From Trichoplax adhaerens (taxonomy: Eukaryota > Animalia > Placozoa), in NCBI RefSeq assembly GCF_000150275.1, contig NW_002060946.1, positions 7,608,829 to 7,672,828 on the forward strand: a stretch of 64,000 bases of DNA, read 5' to 3'. Both the position numbers and the translations under genes were made by a program. The notes under the pieces are model-generated. The model searched no databases and was not told where the DNA came from. It saw only the letters and a program-made list of their open reading frames with translations. This document shows, piece after piece, positions 12,701 through 24,413 of the stretch (positions are counted from its first letter, which is position 1; the number at the start of each line of letters is the position of its first letter).

Positions 12701-14617
12701 TTACAATATCGTGCGGTTATAATATTGCATCTATAATGTAATGGCTATGTTTGCCTAGTAAAGTTCACTGTGTTTGATTTTAATTTTTCCTGAATGTGAT
12801 AATTAAGCGTCTGAACCCCACTTTTATCCATTCTTGACGGTGGCTACTAAATGCTGGAAGGTATTGGCCGACTCCGATTACCGTTCTGGTAAATTTTTTT
12901 ATGATTGTCAGCCACTATTAAAAATTGAAATTCTATTGTCAGCTTATTTCAAATCATGCAAGTCATATTAAGCCCTTTCTGCATGTATTTATTTATTCTT
13001 ATTATTTAGACTTTAGACGAATACGAAAGAGACTACGTTTCGAATATTACTTTACTTCTCTCCGTGTTGATATGCTTATTTACGAAGTAAGAGTAAAAAT
13101 ACTTATTTTGGTACGGTTCGATATGCTATTAATTTCGATAACTTGACTAATCAACGCATACGTTTATATTAAGGGAGAATATGATGGAGCAATAAAATGG
13201 ATTAGTAGTCATTTATCAAAGACGGAATTTGACGAAGAAGATGCTCCACATGTGAGATTGTCGATAATTTTATTATAATCTTATTATCAGTTTTAATAGT
13301 TGACTGATGCATCTTAAGGAGGGGTAGAAATATCCATTTATTTCACTTTCGAATTAACATATACCAACCACTATTCGAAATAATCTTATAATTTACCTCG
13401 TTTGATGTAATAAATCGGATTATTAAACTCTTCTTTACAGTCCGTCATACGTTTCGTGTTACAACTTGCTAGTTGCTTACTTTGCATCAATAAGCATAAG
13501 GTAATTCTAATAATTTACAATTGCTAGATACTATTATAGAGGTACAGACAAATAAGATATATGTATTTAAGTATTATTCAATCTGCAAATATTACAGGAA
13601 GGCTGTAGGAATATTTTAAAATTTATGATGCTGTACGCTCCAGTAAATCACATTCAATCTTCCAGTGGAACAGACATGATTATAGACTTATCAAATGATA
13701 GTAAGTTTAAAGATTTATGAACTGTATCAATAACTTTGCTTCAAATTATGACTGCGTTGTAATCAACTTCTCGTAATTCGCTTGATCTAGGTAATAGTAA
13801 GCGATTTATAAAGTTCATTCCTTACATCGACAGCAATTTAATGAAGTTCTGTATTGAGCATCTACTATATTGTTTGCAGGTATCGTATTATCTGGCATCG
13901 TTATCCTTTCATAATATTTCTAAAAATGATTACATACTTTTCGATTTCGATAGAGAGGAATAACCAGAAGATCTGACGATACGGCCATGGGTCATATCAT
14001 CGTGTTATCGCAATATGACTGGCCAAATTACTCATCTTATTTTGACTTTGTGACTGAAAAAATCCTTGAATCTGGACAATTTACCTATCCATCGTTCTTT
14101 GATTACGTTATAAGTAAGTGATGTTTATGTGTTCCTATATAAGTTACAATAATTTTCAATGGCAGGCCAATATCGGACAATGCAATCTTGCATATCTTAA
14201 TGAACCATTTTGGACAAACATTGTAGATATTGATATTTTGGAAATATTCGCTCATTTTAATTCGACACAAGGGGGAGAAAATGATAAAATTAGGCTATCA
14301 TTGTTGGCTAAAACCTCAAGTTCTACAAGGTGCATCGTAATGTTTAGAAGTATCATTAATAGCTTCAATTTACATTTGAGACTTATAATTAATAACATGC
14401 AGAAATATCGTAATTCATGTGAAAATTTATAATCTAATTCCAAAAATTATGCCTGTTATATAGAACACGTACAGTTACTAGGGGATTAAATAAGGGCGCA
14501 AAGGAAGAGTTTCGCATCGCAATGGAACGCCAAATCCTCAAATGGAATGACTGCGTCAACGAAATTCTCCAAAACTTCTTAACTTCAGAACATCATTCCA
14601 TTCTATCTTGTTTCTAA
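9775..14617 (+). CDS. INTS10: Integrator complex subunit 10 (multi-exon)
   Basis: Exon 9775-9912 gives METMEEEDWLWMLGQAEQAQVSNDIYGARSWLISCKSLFPDNFQVQ (recalled human: [23 protein letters not shown]). Later exons give DDTAMGHIIVLSQYDWP, FFDYVINIDILE and TRTVTRGLNKGAKEEFRIAMERQI (human [20 protein letters not shown]). Stop TAA at 14615-14617, AATAAA at 14790. One junction (11650-11850) is out of frame; see findings. Confidence 0.9.
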
Positions 14618-14994
14618 CGTACGTACTGTTAATGTATCTATCTTCTCCCTTGTGCATATCAATTAATACTAATTAAAATCTGTGAACTTGCTGTAACGTC
14701 AAATTTTTTGAACAGCTTCCGAGATAAAGTACATCTATAACTTATATTGCAGCTTTGAACAAAAAGTTTAAAGTGGTTTATGAAATGTTAATAAATTCTT
14801 ATGCTACAATTCATTAATTTTTGCTAAATAATTCAAGTTACATGTCGAAATGATATTACTGCAAGTAAATCATTACCATATCATTATTGTTATAAGTTCA
14901 ACAAAAGTATACATTCTACTACTGTATGGGTTATCGATATTTGATACAAGAAAAATCTGTTGTGCAGTAGCTACATTAAATTGCTTGAAGCCTA

Positions 14995-17900
14995 TTATGC
15001 TTTTCGCGATCTTTTCGAGCGATCAATCTCGAATGGGTCATCGCTATCGTCTTCGTCAACCTGATATACCAAAGAACAGCTAATTAAATGAAGAGAAACG
15101 ACATTATTAATTAATTGGAGATATATAACGGTGCTTACAAGATTAATGACTTCCGATTTCTTGGATTTTAATCTATTGGGTAAAAAGTTAAAGTATTTCC
15201 TCATTCGAGATATTTAAGAACTCGTAAGTTTTAAGTCAAGATTACATTCAACAAAATTATAAACTTACGTAGAGCTAGCCGTAGCAGTTGCTGGCTTCCT
15301 CGTGAATACCTTCATAATTATCGGATTTAGAATACGTTGTTATATGTATTAAAACAGGAAACAATGATTGCAAACTGGTATCAATTAAATAAGTACATTA
15401 AAAAGGGTGCTATCTTGAGAAAAGCGGTACTTACAGAGCCTGAACTTGTAAGAGCTGCTGTTATTAGAAGATAATATGTATAAGTAAATTATAACAATGT
15501 TGACCGAAACTAAAATTTTAGATGTAAGTATTTACTGCCTCTGCCTCTGCCTCTGCTGGGCGTTCGAGAATTCCTATGGCCTCTTGTTTGACCTCGAGCA
15601 CGATCACGGCTGCGGTTACCTCTCCCGTTATTTTCTGGATTTGCGGAGGTAGATGGCTTAACAATATCTTCATCAGAATCACTGAAGTCCTTTTCATCGT
15701 CATAGTCTCCCCTGTGACGCCTTTTAATTTGAGCACCTTCGATCGCCTAGCAATCACAAGTGCAGGGGTAACATATAGTAAACATAACAGTTGAATTGAG
15801 TAAGAATTTGGTAATAGGTAAACTAGTATAAATTTAAGAACATGAGAACGAAATCTACTTTTCGCATATCTTCATTTCCGAAGACCGTTTCTTTATAAAT
15901 TTCCACCTTGATGTAAAATTAAGTCGATTAATACCTATTGTTCAGTACAAATAGATCTTGTAATTTATAGTAATCAAACATACTTGTTGATCCAACTGAA
16001 GGTCAGTCGAGCCTTGATTTTTCTTCAGCAAATTTTGCATCTTTTTCAAAGAATGGTGTACTAGTCTAAAATAGTAAAGTTAATGAAACATAGCGTGAAT
16101 TCCACAAATTAAAATTTATCAGCTTTAGAATATTTTCATACATACTCCTCAATAATATCATTTTCTTCCTTGTCTACAAATATCCTAACCGCATCTCCAA
16201 TAGCTTTTTCAGATAGAAATTTCATTTGATAAGACTATATAATATAAAAAAAAATAGCGATCCCTTGCAATTTAATTGATTAATAACGAGGATTAATTAA
16301 TTAGTTTATTGCATTCGATAATTTTAATCTCTATTGAGTCTACTTATGAAATACACTTATACCGAGTCATTCGCCAATAATTCAGTAATGATATTTTCTA
16401 TCTTGACGGTTCGCTCAAGTATACTTATTGGCAATTCCGCATTTTCGATTGATTCCATCTCTTCGTCGTCTAATATCAAGAATATAATGTGATCAACATT
16501 TTAAAGTGCGTTAGAAACAACAATTAGTGACACAATTCAATAAATAAACTGCTACATTCCTATATTACGAAGTGTTCCAATAAATCAGCAAATTCAGGCT
16601 TTTAAAATAATATATATTGTATGTACCTGTAATTTCCCTCCTGGTTCTTTTTTTATAAAAATGTACAATATCTTTAGGGTTTGCTACACGACCAACAAAC
16701 TGCTGGCCAAATCTCAATGAATTAAATGGAATATATCCACCACTATAATCAACCTATATTAGTAAGCATGATAATATTGTCAGTGAAATATAAGTGATAT
16801 AAGGATTTAGTAGTCTCACCGAATTGTAACGACCGCACCTTTAGTCTTATTAACGGCTCCGTAGGCTGTCTTGTACTGCCAGAATGCTCAGCTTCAGCTT
16901 TTGATATCATAGATTCGATCTATAGTTGAACAATTGTTGACAGTACAGATAAATAAAAGCAAATTGCGTCATTTAGTTTTAACATTATTCCAATCACCTT
17001 TTTTTTCACGTAAGATACAATCTCTTGTTCATGTCTTTCATCGCAAGAAATGCCAGTTTCTTGAAGACAAAGCTCATCGATGTAAAAAGGTCGGACAGTA
17101 TTTAAAGGAATCTCTTCTACTTTAAAAGTCTTGTTGAAGACTTTTAAGATCGCAACATGCCTATTTAAAAAAAGTTTAATAACAGCTTGGAGTTACAAGA
17201 GCAAGTTTAAGTACAGGAAAGGATTACATATTGAAGGGATTTGAAAATTATAAAGAATATATGTCATTTTCATAGTTGCTATTACTTTCTTTTAGCTTCC
17301 CCTTCAGTTAAAGATGTGGCAACTGTTGAACCCGGTTGACAAACAAAAAAGTTGGTTTTAGGATTCCATTCAGGAGTTATTAAGCTCTCGTGCTCATGAC
17401 CCCAAATGACTAAATCCAGAAAATCGCTTAAGAATTCTTCTGGGATATAGTTCTTTTCGCCGTGTTTAACCCTAGAGCAATAGTAGGTTATTTCGTATAG
17501 TTTTCCTTCATTAGACCAACGTGTTATCTCTATGACTAACCTGTTTTGGTGCACTACCATAATATTAAACCAGTTATCAGTGTCCATTTTCGGTTTTAAC
17601 ATTGTTATTTTTTCACTGGCAAAGAGTCGATGTAGGCGTTCATCTCGTACGGAACCTAACCCGTAAACTGCCAATTTTGACTTGCCTTTTTGCATCAACA
17701 ACGGACTAATTGAGATTTCATCAACGGAGCTTGTTTTTCCAAAGTAGTTGACTAATCCCGATGAACTAAGCAAGTCGATAGCTGATAAATTCTTGGAGCC
17801 GGAAGGATCATCATGATTACCATGTATTGTAAAAACCGGCGTAGAAATATTATAATTTGGATCTTCATAATTAATGACCGGGAAACTGAAACAATAACAT

Positions 17901-19842
17901 GAGTGATAACATTTTATTTTTTTCCTACATTAACATCATAATAATGTTTATTCTGTACGAAGAGTACGTAAATTGAGAAGTGATTTTAATATACTTTTTA
18001 ACGTATTTGATAGAGTGAGTTAATTTGAGCAGCTAAATACGCAAGATCTGACCTGCTGGACCAAAAATTGACGGACTGATCGCTCAAAAATTCCACTTGA
18101 CAAGGCTTATCACCAAGGCAGTATTTCCTTAGTATTTCGATACATCCGTGCAACGTAGCACGAGAAGGCTTATTTTCATGAAATAAGTCGCCTCCAAGTA
18201 ACACAAAGTCAACCTAACATTCGTAATCAAGAAAGAAGTAGGTATATTGTCATAGCTAGTGGTTAGGCATTGCCCGATATCAATTTGATTACAAATTTAA
18301 TTGTGCCTATCCGTTTCACTGAGATGGTTAGGTACGGACACTGCGAGCTTATTTCAATTATGAATATATCATTGGTCAATGAAATTAGTGATGAACTACC
18401 TCATGCTCTTTAGCTATTTCAAATACTTCTTCGAAGGTAACTAACGAATCATGGCCGCGAATTGGATCTTTTTCTTTATAGCCCAAGTGGCAATCTGATG
18501 CTGAAGAAAGCAATGGAAATATTGAGAGTTAAAAATAACAAATGATGAATTATTTACAAGTAGTTGGTTACTATTGAAGCTATTAATCTCTTTGATGAGA
18601 AGACTAGCAGAGAGCAATATTTCATAAGTAAATGTCTACAGTACAGTACAGTATTATCTAGGGTACATATAAACTGTATGAGACTACGTGTAACATGAAT
18701 TAATCATGTAATACCGTCATTCAAACATCATATCGATGCGCATTCGAATGAATAAGCTAGCATAATCGAAGTGCTCATGCATAGCATGAGTAAACTAGGC
18801 GAAAAGTGTTTTCTAGCTAGCCATAAATAATATCATTCAGTTTGCAGTAAGTTTACAAAATTATGTCGTTTGAGCTTTACAGTACCCCTATTTTGTAGAG
18901 TACGTATGAATATCTTAACAGCAAGAGTAAGTATGGATTATATCACTCATTTATAGAAAAACACAAAGTGAAGATGTTTTTTCTTTACAATACCAAAGTG
19001 TAAATTGTAATTTTACTTTGTCGTGTACATTGCATAGCACATCACTCTATTCCTCTTGGAATATGTGCACAACCATTGACTCCGTATATCAATAAGAATA
19101 CTGCAGTAGATTGCATGTACTGCTGGTATTTAAAATTGTATGATGTAAAATCAGGCAAATCTGTATCACTGCATGGCGTCTATTACTATCGTTAGCGGAA
19201 GTATACGATGCTTTCTTCTTGCTCCAGTTCTAGACATATTTGGAAACAGTGTAAGCTATAGACTGTAAAGATATCCTAGTTACAAATTTGAAGCTCAAAT
19301 AAGTAACTGTTATACAGTAGTGTAGTACCCCTATCGACGAGCTGTCGCATTGGATCACTACTGTAGTCATCTCGTTGTATATTACAACATCGTCTACACT
19401 AGAGGAAAATTGACAGCCAATTATAAAGTCCATCACTGCACTATACCAAGTCTCCTCTATCGACAGTATTGACTATACAGTAGAGTAAGATTGCAGGCGG
19501 ACTACTGTACAGTACTCAGTCATGCACTACCCCCGTAAATCCTATTTCATCATCTTAGCAAAATGTATTTCCTTGCATGTTGTCTAATATCAAGACTTAC
19601 CAATCAAGATGGAAAAGGTATCCTCTTCTTGCTTCCTATCATATTGAATTGAATTGATTATTATTATTATTATTATTTATTTATTAAGATGACATCATAA
19701 ATATAGCAAAAACTAACCCAACTAGTTGACTACATAGCTATATTAGAATAGGAATACTCAATTGCATAGTATTATCATAAGTTATCCAAAAATTCAATCT
19801 CCATTGCAACAACGAAAGGGAAACCTGCCTGTTTTGCTCCAT
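14995..19842 (-). CDS. MRE11: MRE11 double-strand break repair nuclease (multi-exon)
   Basis: Phosphoesterase motifs [40 protein letters not shown] and IWGHEHE. Gly/Arg-rich GAR-like segment ([11 protein letters not shown]...SRGRGRG, about 15530-15630). C-terminus [21 protein letters not shown]. Proposed start exon 19842-19829, exon 2 19635-19601, exon 3 18500-18400; the start exon is the least certain. Confidence 0.95.
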
Positions 19843-20054
19843 TTTCCTGACCTCGGTAGTCTTCGACCTGAGCAGATTGCAGAGTTTTGCCGCTTTGCAG
19901 CACACTGACTGCACACTCAGTTCAGTATTGGCTCCATTTCGTTACAGCAACACCGACCTCCAGTTTGGCTCAAAACTACACTCTAGTTAATAGCGTATCG
20001 TATTAACTTTAACATGTTCAAACGGTTACGCTAGCAAAACCTGTGGGTCCACGC

Positions 20055-21825
20055 CGTACTGTACCGGACTGGAACTTTCTGTACAATACCGTACAGTGTA
20101 CAGTGTACAGTGTACAGTACAGTAATGTCATGGGAAAAAATGGAACTAAAACTAGCGTGCAAATACACTAGTTTATATGGATATGTAATCTTTGACTTGA
20201 CTGTGTATGGCACCGTTCTGTACTGTACCGCGAAACCTCTTTTCCCCTTGTACTGTACTGTCCAGTATAAACACGATCAACATTCACTAAGTTGAGCAGT
20301 GTGCACTTGCGCAGTTCAAGGATAGTGATCCCCCAGAAAGAAATGGGCGCAGTTTACAATTTTTGGATGAAGATCATGGCGTTATCTTGCGTTGCGCACA
20401 GCCTCAATCTAGTTTAATTTGCTTGATTGAAGCGAGAATGCCTTGGAAAAGACTAAAAAACTTACAAAGAACGGTGAATGACGAGTTGAAAATAATTTCG
20501 ATGAATCCTGGATGACCTGATGGATATGCTGTCGAGACGAAAGGTTGATGGAAATGTTGTTCCATTTTGACGTATTTTAATTCAATTTCCGCAGTGTCTG
20601 GTTCACGACTGCGGTGTAGTCTGCAGAGGATGCTGCTGCTGTACTGCTAATCACACTACAGTGCTGTACAGTAGACGTACACTATATTATACAGTACATG
20701 TTTGCGAACATTAACTTACAGTACTTCATTTTGTGTTACTACCCTATTACAGCAGAGTCCGATGAGCATACCGTGATATTGGTATTGATTAGCATCGATT
20801 ACAAATTGACTTGAAATTGAAATGGGTCCATTTCACAAACTTGTAAAATGATGATTTGACCATATGGTCACCCCGACCCACTGTTGATGAATGGAGTGAA
20901 TGAGTCATGTATAGTAGTGTATAGTATATTTGCAGTAAATTAATCATCAAGTTGACAACATACGACACTGTCTGACTGCGTGAACGGCAGCCGAGAAATT
21001 TCTCACTTAAGCATCCTGCAAATTGGAACAGAAACTTTCAACACTTCAAGCAGGCCATAAGTACAGTACTGTACAGTAGGTACAAAAGCAATGCCAATGT
21101 TGTCCGATACGGTCACCTGATGCGATGGCACTCTGTCATGACACGAGTGGATCAGTGCCAACTTTTGATCGAATAAAACTGCCTGCAAAGAGAGAATTGG
21201 GAATGGATGTTTTTTATCCAAGTTGGGGACTAGTTTGGGACAGGGATATACCGAATTCAGTCTTTCCTGTGTATAGTAATATTAAAGCTCTGAAAAAGTA
21301 CAGACAGACAGCCGTTCGGTACAGCGGTCGATTGTTTTTGCCTCACCGTTGATACTGGTAGAACTGTTAAGTACAGGAGTAGGGTACAGTACAGTACAGT
21401 ACAGTGCCCAGTCCTGTATTGGCATGGAAGTGCACTTGTACTGTACACTGTACACTGTAGAGTACAGTCTTCTGTCACCATGAAATTGAACCGGTTCGAG
21501 CCGGACCGTTCTCAGGTCTAGTACAGTGCCGTAGTTTTGATCGTTGAGCCTGAATGCTGGGAAAAAAGTACAGACAGACATGCGTCATGACACCGTCCTT
21601 TAGCCACGACAGTACAGCGTATGCAATGAAAGGAAAATGGTAGGAAATTCAGTTTCAAATTTCAAGGGAAAACGCTGGACAGTCTGCAAAGACTTTGCAA
21701 TGACGCTGTACTGTACTTTACTGTCGAGTGTTTTTTGCCTGACCGTGGACACTGGTCGTACTGTACAGTCCTCTTTGTACAGTGTACAGTGTACAGTACA
21801 GTACAGTACTGTACTGTGCTCTACT
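20055..21825. repeat. Clusters of CAGTA/TACTG/GTACAGT low-complexity repeats in the MRE11-GSK3 divergent intergenic region
   Basis: Examples: CGTACAGTGTACAGTGTACAGTGTACAGTACAGT (20090-20123), GTACAGTACAGTACAGTACAGT (21384-21405), TGTACAGTGTACAGTGTACAGTACAGTACAGTACTGTACTG (21776-21816). Confidence 0.85.
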
Positions 21826-21875
21826 NNNNNNNNNNNNNNNNNNNNNNNNNNNNNNNNNNNNNNNNNNNNNNNNNN
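21826..21875. other. Assembly gap (50 N)
   Basis: Run of N directly after a CAGTA array. Confidence 1.
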
Positions 21876-22050
21876 CGTGGTTGGAGGGCACACCAAGCTT
21901 CATTGGTCCAACCCTGTCACGTGGGTCGGTCCCCCCGGCACCCAGCCATCTTTGCCCTGCAACAGCAAGCGACGGTCAGAACGATAGTACCGTGGGTGTG
22001 GTTTTGGAAGCATTAGTCTTCGGCTTGGATTTTTTTTTGTCCACCACACT

Positions 22051-22062
22051 AGCGCCATCTTG
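22051..22062 (-). promoter_or_regulatory. YY1-like motif near the putative GSK3 transcription start
   Basis: AGCGCCATCTTG has reverse complement CAAGATGGCGCT, resembling the YY1 consensus CAAGATGGCGGC. It sits in the GC-richest stretch of the window, and a GTAAGT donor follows at 22190. Confidence 0.4.
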
Positions 22063-24413
22063 CTGCCATCACGGCAAGCGCATTGCAGTCATTAGACCAT
22101 AGGCCGAGCTATCATTTAGTCAGTAGGACTTTCAAGTGGATTGCAAGTCCATTTCATCATCATCAACGCGGTACTATGCCAATGATTATGTAAGTTGGAA
22201 TCGGCTATGCATCTTTTTTTTTTTGTCCATGTCTTGATCAGTAGAGAGAGAAGATAGTCAGCAAGAAGTAGATGATACTTTCATGTTGATGACGGTATGA
22301 TTGGCTTTGGACAAGTCCATTAAATTAGTGTTAAACGAGGGGGCTATCAAAAGGATTGCGCTGACTGACGATATCTCCCCCCCAATTCGATCCATTGAAA
22401 GCACTGTAATTCGGTCTTTTCATCATTATTTCCAACATGGAGATATACTTTAGTCATGGCTTTGGTATTTATGGATGCCATTTTCTTCTACTGATCCATC
22501 ATGGTTGGTGTAGAAGAAGACTTGAGTCCATGTCTTTCTTGTTGTCCAAGATTGGCCTCTTACTCATCCATTGCAGGCTGAAAAATTGCGACGTACGTTT
22601 GGCATTTACTGCATGCAGTGGATGACTGTGGAAAGTCGCCTTCTTAGACTAGTTGTTAAAGCGCTTCTTCTTCATACTAGCTTTATTCATCCATTGAAAA
22701 GGCTTCTTTATCCATGCTCAAATCGAGTACAGCATCCTTGTTCATCTTTTCTTTTTTTTTTCTTCTTCTCTTCTTTCAAACTCTTCCATGACCAATTTCC
22801 AAGCTACATTGAAAAAAAAAAAGGGTCGTCCATTAGTCAGCAACATTTTCTTCTTCCAATCGTTCATCCTATGCTGATTTTAATTGTCATGAAGAAAGTC
22901 GTGGGAGAAAAAAAAAAATGGCCAACCCGTTGGTAAAGTCAGTGTAAGCTGTACATACACCAAGTCAAATTGGATGGAAAAGAATACTTGCAAAAAATAA
23001 AAATTACTTATTCTGATATTCTTTTTGACTTCCACTTGGAACATTACAATAACATCGTACTTTGTCTTAGCGTTACCATCATCGAGTTCTACCAATTTTT
23101 ATCCTAGCAGTACTGTATTGGACATCATTGAAAGGCTGCAACTACAACTCAAGACAGTTTTTACTACTCCATGATTCCCCACACTGATCCAGAGTTATCT
23201 TCCATTATATTTATGGAATTTGTACTATCTAGCCTTTTTTTTTATTGGTGAGGGGGGGGGGGGGGGGAGATGGTTCCAACACTACCTCGGTTACAGCAGC
23301 AGATTCCATAAAGACCACGCTGACTCGATCAATTTTGAATCATCCTTCTATCTGAAACCAAAAAAAAAGGTAGTTATAGTTCTCTTAGCCTTGCGGTATT
23401 CCTTTCTCGACCTTGGCATCATCCAAGCCCGTTAAGATACCATACTTCGCCATTTGTAAAATCGTCCATCAACGATCGATCAATCATTACAAGTACAATA
23501 CACTAGAATAACGCGTAGTAACAAATACGAGTACCCTCTCTCGGGGCCATCGCCATGCTTAACCTTAAGGATGTCCTTTTTTATTTGTTTTACCACTTTT
23601 TTGGGGGTGAACATATTATTTGAATGCTATTAAAGGGTCCCCCCCCCCCCCAAATTTTCCAACTGATAGTCACTCCTATGCGATTGCACCATTTTTTTTG
23701 CCCTTTCTAAATCCAATTGGATGTTTTACACGACCAAAATTTGATCGAAACTGCTAATGTTATGGCGGACCTATTGATGACTAGGATTAAATCAATTAAT
23801 GATGTACCTGAACTTGTCGTCACTTACTTCTAGTAGACTGAGTTGTCATATCCATGTTTGAATTTCTTGTAATTTGCATGTCCTTTTTCTCATTTGTATT
23901 TTGTCGCTTTGATTATTTTTAAATGGACGACAATTAAAGGTTAAGCAATTAAGCTACAAGAGAAAGAAATTGCATATAGAAGCGCTTCCAACGATAGAGT
24001 TGAGATACAAGAAGTGAGGTAAGAATCGATAATTGACACTGATGACTAATGCTCAATCAATTGAATCGGATCAATCGCCAGACTTAGTAATAAAATACAT
24101 TGAATATATTGCTTACCACTTGATCATGATTTAGTGAAAGATAGTCTACTGGTACAACATCGTACTCCATTGGAAACTTGGCTTGGATTCTTCAATAACT
24201 GCTTGACTGACATTTACTACACTCAATTGACGAACGACGAATTGATCTTAATTAGTATCTTGACGGTGTCATCTCTTGCCTGTCTATTTTGCTGACAAGT
24301 GATAGAACCCATTCTCATTCCTTGAAGTTCAATTTTACTTTAAGCCTTTTTTCATCATTTTTATCTCCTGCCTCCTTGCTCGATCGTAAGCGCTAACGAC
24401 ACCTTCTTACACC

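Noticed and set aside
15518-15794. ORF-track peptides on both strands
   Set aside because: These are off-frame and antisense readings of the MRE11 GAR exon.
21491-21504. tRNA T-arm/B-box-like CCGGTTCGAGCCGG
   Set aside because: The stem-loop geometry is wrong and there is no D-arm, anticodon arm or acceptor stem. At most it is an isolated B-box.
21293-21770. Repeat-spacer pattern as a CRISPR array
   Set aside because: Eukaryotic context, only two degenerate copies per block, irregular spacing and no cas genes.
20031-22102. Many overlapping 60-116 aa ORFs rich in Y/C/T/V/L/S
   Set aside because: They are translations of CAGTA/TACTG repeats and the N gap, open on both strands with no protein-like signal.
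22437-23435. Short ORFs upstream of GSK3
   Set aside because: Their poly-F, poly-K and poly-G runs come from homopolymers, so they are probably leader or intron sequence.
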